Part shown: one piece after another, positions 1-9,826 of the stretch
Layout of the letters: each line of letters opens with the position of its first letter
Position numbering within the stretch: position 1 is the first letter of the stretch
Assembly (NCBI GenBank): GCA_050250895.1
Contig: JBFWNU010000001.1
Location: 2,532,891 to 2,596,890, forward strand
Direction of reading: 5' to 3'
Source: Vulcanimicrobiota bacterium
GTDB lineage: Bacteria; Vulcanimicrobiota; Xenobia; Xenobiales; JADMJV01
DNA length: 64,000 nucleotides
Notes under the pieces: model-generated
Database searches by the model: none
What the model was told of the DNA's origin: nothing
Seen by the model: the letters and a program-made list of their open reading frames with translations, nothing else
Made by a program: the position numbers and the translations under genes

Positions 1-1087
1 CCTGCGTAGCCGTGAGGCTCGGCCCGCCCGGTTCGACCGGGCGGCCCTGCGCGCCCGCAAGGCGCTCAAGGAGCTTTACGCTACTCTGCATGTGCGTCCC
101 GACCCTCGAGCTGACGCTATCCTGTTCAAAGCCGAGCCTCCGGCCGACAGCCTGGCCTTCCAGGTGAGGGCCCTGGCCAAGGCCGAGACGGGTGCCGAGC
201 AGGCCGACGTGATTCGCAAGTCTCGCATTCCTTACCCGGTGGCTATCGGTGCTCTCACCAAGCTGTCTCCCATCGTGGTGGCGGCTCTGGTCGAGAACAT
301 GAGCCCCACCGAGGTAATCAACAACATGAAATCGCTCCAGAGCCGGGGTGCCCTTGATGACGTCATGGTCAGGGCGCTGGTCGATAAGAAGCTCGAGGAG
401 GCCAAGAACGACGGGCGCGTCTCGGCGTTCAAGGCCAAAGTGGCCAATCAGGTCGCCAAGCTCGGTGCGGGTATTGCCCGGGCCCTCGAGGACATTACCG
501 ACCGACAGATCAAGCGCAAGGGACGCATCACCCGGCCCACGGCTCTCCTGGTCGACAAATCTGCGTCGATGGACGCCGCCCTCGAAGTGGGTAAGCGCAT
601 CGCCTCGCTGATCTCGGCAATCGCCGAGAGCGAGCTGGTGGTTTACGCCTTCGACAACGTGGCTCACCCTCTGGTTGCGAAAGGCAACACCGAGGCGGCC
701 TGGGCGCGTGTTTTCGATGGCCTCAGGGCAGACAATTGCACCAGTATCGGTGCCCCTGTGGCGGCCATGGAGAAGGCGGGCCAGAAGGTCGAGCAGATCA
801 TTCTGGTCACCGACGAGGGAGAGAACACCGTTCCCTACTTCGTTCCCGCCTACGAGCGTTACCGCCAGCGCTTGCAGACGGCGCCCAACGTGGTGATCGT
901 CAAAGTGCAGGCGAGCGACCACCTGGAGCGGCAGATTCGCCAGGCGAAGATTCCGCTGGAGACTTTTACCTTCAGCGGCGACTACTACGCCTTGCCGAAC
1001 CTGATTCCGCTTCTGACTCGCCCTTCGCGGCTGGAGCTCTTGATGGAGATCCTCGAGACGCCCCTGCCGCGCAGACCCGTGGCCTGA
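1..1087 (+). CDS. TROVE/Ro60-like helical domain + vWA protein, paralog 1 (5' truncated by window edge)
   Basis: Frame is open from position 2 (LRSREARPARFDRAALRARKALKELYATLHVRP) and aligns with the 1936-3345 protein. MIDAS motif DKSASM, plus later T and TD residues. The C-terminus [26 protein letters not shown] is shared with paralog 2. Confidence 0.8.
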   Translation, partial: LRSREARPARFDRAALRARKALKELYATLHVRPDPRADAILFKAEPPADSLAFQVRALAKAETGAEQADVIRKSRIPYPVAIGALTKLSPIVVAALVENMSPTEVINNMKSLQSRGALDDVMVRALVDKKLEEAKNDGRVSAFKAKVANQVAKLGAGIARALEDITDRQIKRKGRITRPTALLVDKSASMDAALEVGKRIASLISAIAESELVVYAFDNVAHPLVAKGNTEAAWARVFDGLRADNCTSIGAPVAAMEKAGQKVEQIILVTDEGENTVPYFVPAYERYRQRLQTAPNVVIVKVQASDHLERQIRQAKIPLETFTFSGDYYALPNLIPLLTRPSRLELLMEILETPLPRRPVA

Positions 1088-1158
1088 GCTGTCGTTCCGG
1101 CCGCGGTGACAGGGGCGGGAGAGCAATCTCCCGCCCCGTTCCCCGGCCGGGCGACGGT
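1088..1158 (+). other. Long GC-rich hairpin with GCAA (GNRA) tetraloop
   Basis: GGGGCGGGAGA(1112-1122)-GCAA-TCTCCCGCCCC(1127-1137), extended by CCGGCCG/CGGCCGG and GCTGTCG/CGACGGT. No U-tract follows. Confidence 0.6.
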
Positions 1159-1214
1159 AACAACGGTCTCTTTAGAGTGCCGGCACACGGCCTTGTTTTC
1201 GTCCCTGAGTCCTT

Positions 1215-1455
1215 GGACCGGTAGCTCAGCGGTTAGAGTGCTGCACTGTTGAGGGTGACGCAGACAGGGTCTCCCGTCGCCAGACGTGCCCTTCTTCCGC
1301 CATGCGGACCGTCGCTTCTTGGGAAGTAGAACTAGCTACTACCGCAAGAAGACGCCAATCCGCCTGTCGAAAGAATTGCTACGTCTGGCTCGGTCCGACC
1401 CCGTCAGCGGCCCCCTATGCAGAAGTCGTGGGTTCGAATCCCATCCGGTTCGCCA
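1215..1455 (+). ncRNA. tRNA-like RNA (GTT at the anticodon position, G73, encoded CCA) with a ~165-nt hairpin in the anticodon loop; candidate Y-RNA-like partner of the Ro60-like proteins
   Basis: Acceptor GGACCGG(1215-1221)/CCGGTTC(1445-1451)+G+CCA; D arm GCTC-AGCGGTTA-GAGT; anticodon stem CTGCA(1241-1245)/TGCAG(1418-1422); variable AAGTC; T arm GTGGG-TTCGAAT-CCCAT. Insert ~1251-1416 folds as nested helices. Confidence 0.85.
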
Positions 1456-1576
1456 AAGAAACACTGGAAAACAGATTGGAGGAGATAATCGGCCCGGGTC
1501 CGCGCCCGGGCCTGGTCCATTTCTCTAGAGTAGATCGGTGGCCGGCCTCGAAAGCCGGCACTCTAGGAGGTGAGAG

Positions 1577-5161
<3,585 letters not shown>

Positions 5162-5165
<4 letters not shown>

Positions 5166-5608
5166 AATCCACCTCCGTCGCGGAAGGTCGCAACGACACC
5201 GGGCAGGACCATTTCTGCTTCGACCACGGCTCTGGCGCTGGGGGAGTTCGCCGGTCCTACCAGGCCTACGCTGGTGACTCTGTACAATCCATCTTCGAGG
5301 TTGTCGTTGGCAACTCTTTCAAGGCTGACCTGATAGCTGCCTGTGGTGAGCTGTTCGGCGTAGGCGAAGGTGGTCTGCCCCTCGAGCCAGGGCGGAAAGT
5401 CATAGAGTTTGAGCATCTTCACACGAGCGTCCTCCAGGCCGGATTCGGCCAGGGTCAGGGCCTGAGCCGACTCGCGCAGATGGCGGGCGGCCTGATATTG
5501 CGAGCGTCTCGAGGCCAGGAAACCGAGGCCCACCAGCAACATGATCACTCCGATCAACAGCGCTCCGATGATCATCGAGCCTCGCTCTCGCTTCAAGGCG
5601 CCACCCAC
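5162..5608 (-). CDS. PilX/GspK-like minor pilin
   Basis: ERGSMIIGALL start without E5; ALTLAESGLE motif; lies in the pilin operon. Confidence 0.7.
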
Positions 5609-6090
5609 TGGAAAGCCACCTGGCGCAGCGTCGTGACCTTGGTCTTCTGGACCAGAGTCACGGTGATCTCGTGGCGCTGTCCGGCGCTCGCCACGCCGAA
5701 CCCGTTCAGACCCTCGCTGAGGACCTCAGAGCCCCCGGTTTGTCGCCACAAGCGCTGCCCGTCGAAGCGATACACGACCGTCACCTGGCGGGAAGGGTCG
5801 GCCGGGTCGAACCCCACCGGGATGGGCGCCGCTGGGATAGGAAGATTGGGTGCTGGCTTGACCAGCGTCACCGTGTTGGCGGCCGGAGTCACCTGGCTGC
5901 TCTCGCTGATCTCGCGGGCCACCCGGTCGAGGACATAGCGAGCGACTTCTAGTTCGCGATCTTTGGCCGCCGAATGGCGCATCAGCTCGGCATAGCCGTT
6001 GAACATCCGGGCCGTGGCGGCCAACACCAACGAGGCCAGAGCCAGAGCCAGCATCGTCTCTAGCAGCGTAAAACCTCGCATCCCTGTCAT
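5593..6090 (-). CDS. Prepilin-type N-terminal cleavage/methylation protein
   Basis: RGFTLLETMLAL. Confidence 0.85.
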   Translation of the reverse strand: MTGMRGFTLLETMLALALASLVLAATARMFNGYAELMRHSAAKDRELEVARYVLDRVAREISESSQVTPAANTVTLVKPAPNLPIPAAPIPVGFDPADPSRQVTVVYRFDGQRLWRQTGGSEVLSEGLNGFGVASAGQRHEITVTLVQKTKVTTLRQVAFQWVAP

Positions 6091-6108
6091 GCTAGCAGAC
6101 TCCTGCTC

Positions 6109-6852
6109 TCACGGCAATGTAATGGGCGGTGTAGTGGCTTCCACCGGTTGTCCGGCGTAGAGCGCACGAGCCGTGACCTGAACGGTGTTGCTTGCCGACA
6201 GTGGTAGGCCGGTGACGGGCAGAGCCACCAGGCGGGCCGCGCTACCCATTCGATCGTTGGGAGTAATGGTTGCGGTCGCCACCGTCCCCGGGTCGAGTTC
6301 CCAGCGAAACGAGACATCGTCGATGGGATTGCCTCCGGCGTCCAGCAGTTGGGCGGTCAGGTCGATTCCCGGCGCACTATAGCTGGGGACGGCCGGGGTG
6401 ATGACGAGGGTCGGCGTTGGACGGGTGGGTTCGGCCACCAGTCCCTCGACTTCCACGGCCTGGGCCGGGTCGACGCCGGGCCAGGTGACACGCACCCGGG
6501 CCAGCCAGGCCGAGTTGGTCAACAGTCGAGGGTCGCTCTTGGTGCTTTCGAGTTGAGTGCTGGGGGCATAGAGGGCCTGGGCCACCACGGTGGTGGTGGC
6601 CGTGAACGAACCCACCTGGTAAGTGGCGGCCGAGTAGGCCGTCAGGCCAGCCGCGAAGGTCGGATAGTCCAGCGCCGCTGTTCGGATATTGGCCATGACG
6701 TCGCGAGCCACGCCGGCCGCCTGGCTGCGTTGCTCGATGGTGTTGAAGTAGGCTAGAGAGCGGTGGAAGATGGCGGCCAGGATGACCATGGAGGCGATCA
6801 GGATCAGCATACCCGCGACCGTCTCCATCAAGCTCAAACCCCGCCGTTGCAC
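6109..6852 (-). CDS. Prepilin-type (PilV-like) protein
   Basis: RRGLSLMETVAGMLIL. Confidence 0.8.
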   Translation of the reverse strand: MQRRGLSLMETVAGMLILIASMVILAAIFHRSLAYFNTIEQRSQAAGVARDVMANIRTAALDYPTFAAGLTAYSAATYQVGSFTATTTVVAQALYAPSTQLESTKSDPRLLTNSAWLARVRVTWPGVDPAQAVEVEGLVAEPTRPTPTLVITPAVPSYSAPGIDLTAQLLDAGGNPIDDVSFRWELDPGTVATATITPNDRMGSAARLVALPVTGLPLSASNTVQVTARALYAGQPVEATTPPITLP

Positions 6853-6932
6853 CTCTCCATGTTCGCATGTCAGAGCAGACTCCCTGGCTTTCGTGGTCAG
6901 AATTTAACAGGGTCGGGCCAGACCGCTGGCAA

Positions 6933-8045
6933 TTAGCTCAGCTGAGTGAGTAAACTTTGCATCGGCATCAGCAGGCCGATCACGCAAAAGGCCACCAGCA
7001 CGGCCATGGCGCTCAGCACCAACGGCTCGAGGGCGGCGGTAAGCACGTCGATGCGGTGTTGGGCTTCTTGATGGTAGAGATCGGCCAGGAACGGTAGCAC
7101 CTGAGGCAGCCGGCCGGTCTCTTCGCCCACGGCGAAGAGGCTGGCCACTACGCCAGGAAAAACCTCAGGAAAGCCCTCTACCATCTGGTGCAGCGAGTTA
7201 CCTTGCTCGAGCTCGCTCACCAGATGTTTGCCAACCTCTTCGAGGATGGGATCGCCTGAGGCCGAGCAAGCCAGGCGCAGAGCGTTGCGCATCTCGAGCC
7301 CGACCATCAGCAAGGTGCCCAGCGTCGAGGTGAACCCGTGCAGGGCCAGGCTGATGTAGAGTGGGCCGATGAGCGGCAGTTGGCGATAAACCTGAGCCAA
7401 CCGCTTGCGTCCCTCCTCGGTGTCGCGAATCTTGTTAAAGAGCAGGGCCAGGTGCCCGAGCACTCCAATCAGCACCAACCAGGCCAGCGGGCGGGTAGCC
7501 AGATCCGAGGCCCAGAGCAAGGTGCGGGTCGTCCAGTGCAAGGGGGCGTCGAAAGCGGTGACCGCCTCGAGCAATCGCGGCAGCAGCAGGGTGCAGATCC
7601 CCATGGTGCCCACCAGCGCGAACACCAGCACCAGCAGGGGATAAGTCATGGCCGCCTTGACCTTTTGCACGAGTTCCCGACGTTGCTCGAGCCAGCGAGC
7701 CGCCTGATCGAGGGTTTCTACCAGCATGCCACTGTTTTCTCCCGATAGCACCAGGGCCAGAACCGGGCGTGGAAAGAGTTCGGGAAAGTCGCTCAGGGCT
7801 CGAGAAAAGGTTTGGCCCGAGCGGACCGAGTCGGCCACATCCAGAGCTACCTCGGCGAAGACTGGATCATCGGTCTGATAGCCCAGCACGTCCACTGCCT
7901 GCAACAGGGGCACTCCGTTGGCCAGCATGGTGGTGGTATTGCGAAGAAAGAGCACCGGAGAGAGTGCCTGGGTTCGGACCTTCTTGACGTGGGCAAGTCG
8001 CCGGCGAGCCATAACCGGATCTTCGCCCTCGGTGACCAGCTTCAT
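6933..8045 (-). CDS. Type II secretion/type IV pilus inner-membrane platform protein (GspF/PilC family)
   Basis: GVPLLQA, GENSGML, AMTYP, GEETGRL and LEP motifs; three TM segments. Confidence 0.9.
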   Translation of the reverse strand: MKLVTEGEDPVMARRRLAHVKKVRTQALSPVLFLRNTTTMLANGVPLLQAVDVLGYQTDDPVFAEVALDVADSVRSGQTFSRALSDFPELFPRPVLALVLSGENSGMLVETLDQAARWLEQRRELVQKVKAAMTYPLLVLVFALVGTMGICTLLLPRLLEAVTAFDAPLHWTTRTLLWASDLATRPLAWLVLIGVLGHLALLFNKIRDTEEGRKRLAQVYRQLPLIGPLYISLALHGFTSTLGTLLMVGLEMRNALRLACSASGDPILEEVGKHLVSELEQGNSLHQMVEGFPEVFPGVVASLFAVGEETGRLPQVLPFLADLYHQEAQHRIDVLTAALEPLVLSAMAVLVAFCVIGLLMPMQSLLTQLS

Positions 8046-8081
8046 CCTGGGAGATTTGGTTCGAGGGGCGAAGTCTGGGGG

Positions 8082-8603
8082 GTGCCGGTCTTCCGATTCA
8101 GGGTGTCTGAGGGAGCGCGGATTCGTCGTGGCAAGTTAGAAGCCGCCGACGAACCCCAGGCTCGCGCGCTGCTGGCCGAGCGCGGTCTGATCGTGCTCGA
8201 GTTGCGCTCGGATCAGGCCGCGGCGCCCCAGGACGGATTCGAATGGGACCGGCCGAAGCTGGCCTGGTTATGCAATGCTCTGATCGTGCTGGGTCTGGTG
8301 GGGCTGATGCTTTCCCGGGGTCGTCCGCAACCTGCGCCGACCCCGACGGTCTGGCAAGTGACCGTGCAAATAAAAGGCGAGGTTGGGCCCGAATTGGTGG
8401 GGCAGCCGGTGCAACTGCACTTTCCCGATATTCCTCTGACCGAGCACATCACCCCAACGGAGCGCACTTTCGAGGTGGAATACCGTTGGGAACTGAGCCG
8501 GTTGCCGGGCCGTGTCCAGGCGCTCTCCGAGCAGGGCGAGGCCCTCTCGCCCGAGGTCGTCTTAGAAGGAACCGAGGTCTTGCGGGCTCGCTTGACTCTC
8601 TAG
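8082..8603 (+). CDS. Membrane protein whose N-terminus resembles the PilC/GspF N-terminal domain
   Basis: GTG start gives MPVFRFRVSEGARIRRGKLEAADEPQARALLAERGLIVLEL, then one TM helix. Confidence 0.6.
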   Translation: MPVFRFRVSEGARIRRGKLEAADEPQARALLAERGLIVLELRSDQAAAPQDGFEWDRPKLAWLCNALIVLGLVGLMLSRGRPQPAPTPTVWQVTVQIKGEVGPELVGQPVQLHFPDIPLTEHITPTERTFEVEYRWELSRLPGRVQALSEQGEALSPEVVLEGTEVLRARLTL

Positions 8604-8606
8604 GCC

Positions 8607-9353
8607 CTAAAGATGCTTGATCAGCATCCAGATGGCCATGCCCGCCATCATGAGGTTCTCGGTGAGCGAGATGAAGCCCAGCGGCACGTTGCTGTTGCCG
8701 CCCACACAGGCGCACTTGAGTTCGCGTTTGTCGATGTAGACGGCTTTGACGACCGAGACGGCCCCGACGGTCCCGATGAAGAGCGCCAGCGGGGCTGCAG
8801 TGACTACGAGTTCTGGAACGGCCGTGATCATGGCCACGCCGGCCAGCGCCTCGATGAACGGATAGATATAGGCATAGGGTACCCATTTCATGGCCAGCAG
8901 GTCGTAAGTAATGAACTGGTTGGAAAAGGAATAGAGGTCTCTGAGTTTGAGGATGGCCAGGACGGCCATGCTGAAGGCCACGAACAGTTCGACAACGGGC
9001 AGCCATTGCAAAGCCTGACCCACCCGCCACACGGTGGCTAGCGCGAAGAGCAAGGTGACCGCGAAGACGGCGACCACCGGTTGGTAGGTCGTTTCGTCCT
9101 GGTCGGTCTGCTTTCGCTCCTTGCCGAAATAGGCGCGCAGGTCGTCATAACCACCGATACGCTCGCCATCGATGAACGTCTGGGGAGTAGTCTTTACTCC
9201 GTGTTTTTCTCGGAACGCATCCGCCTCTTGTTTGGTGTCGAAGGTGTGGTCGTCGACTTCAAAGCCTCGTCTTTGGAGCAGGTCCTTAGACTTGAGTCCG
9301 TAGGGGCAGATGTGGTCGTCGGTGACCATTCGGTATAGAGTGGCAGTCTTCAT
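8607..9353 (-). CDS. Glutaredoxin + MauE/DoxX-family membrane protein
   Basis: HICPYG, TTPQTFIDGERIGGYDDL, CACVGG and LTENLMM motifs. Confidence 0.9.
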   Translation of the reverse strand: MKTATLYRMVTDDHICPYGLKSKDLLQRRGFEVDDHTFDTKQEADAFREKHGVKTTPQTFIDGERIGGYDDLRAYFGKERKQTDQDETTYQPVVAVFAVTLLFALATVWRVGQALQWLPVVELFVAFSMAVLAILKLRDLYSFSNQFITYDLLAMKWVPYAYIYPFIEALAGVAMITAVPELVVTAAPLALFIGTVGAVSVVKAVYIDKRELKCACVGGNSNVPLGFISLTENLMMAGMAIWMLIKHL

Positions 9354-9475
9354 GGGGCCTCCTGGTAAAAGGGTAGGGGCCCGTCCGGCGGCATGGAAAC
9401 TCACGATCGTATAAGTCGGGGACATCCAGACGACCCTCTTCACGAGTGTTTCAGGCCGCCAAGGTTGAATGAGGA

Positions 9476-9766
9476 ATGCTAAGCTTTACGCCTGTAAACG
9501 GTGCACCCAGGCCCATCTCCACCTCTCGCCCCGCGGGGCCAGCATCCAAAGCGCCAGAGCTGCCCGGCGAGACCTTGGGAACGGCCTCACAAGTGTTGGA
9601 CCTGACTGGTGGCGACGCCGGGACCGGAGTGGGACTCAACGACCAGGGCGAGTTCGTCATCTCGGGCTGGCGCGGCACGGTGGCCGGTCAAATCGAGGAT
9701 AACGGCGAGGTTCACTTCGCCGCGGTGACCCACGGCCAACAGCGAGGTTTCGTCGCAACCAGATAG
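9476..9766 (+). CDS. Small hypothetical protein
   Basis: GAGGA directly upstream; fills an intergenic gap. Confidence 0.5.
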   Translation: MLSFTPVNGAPRPISTSRPAGPASKAPELPGETLGTASQVLDLTGGDAGTGVGLNDQGEFVISGWRGTVAGQIEDNGEVHFAAVTHGQQRGFVATR

Positions 9767-9826
9767 CTGAGACCAGCGTTGATCCCGGTCATTCCAGATT
9801 CGAGGGCCGGGACCTATGCTGGTGGC

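Noticed and set aside
1085-1158. Selenocysteine UGA + SECIS readthrough
   Set aside because: The paralog terminates at the equivalent position with TAG, and there is no redox-motif context.
1251-1417. Insert as a group I intron in tRNA-Asn(GTT)
   Set aside because: There is no terminal omega-G at any junction that restores a 7-nt loop (candidate last bases are C, T or A), and no recognisable P7/catalytic core. The insert folds as one unbranched rod. Not formally excluded without Infernal.
1246-1420. Archaeal-type intron with a bulge-helix-bulge motif
   Set aside because: The insert 3' end (CCCCT) cannot form the 4-bp central helix with the anticodon region, and the context is bacterial.
1215-1455. 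tmRNA or a prophage-split tRNA (att site)
   Set aside because: It has a full D stem, lacks the G3-U70 alanine determinant and an obvious tag ORF, and there is no integrase or duplicated tRNA 3' end.
1160-1520. Two tandem permuted YrlA RNAs mimicking one intron-containing tRNA
   Set aside because: There is no T arm/acceptor 3' strand upstream of 1215 and no acceptor 5' strand/D arm downstream of 1455. The unit ends in G-CCA.
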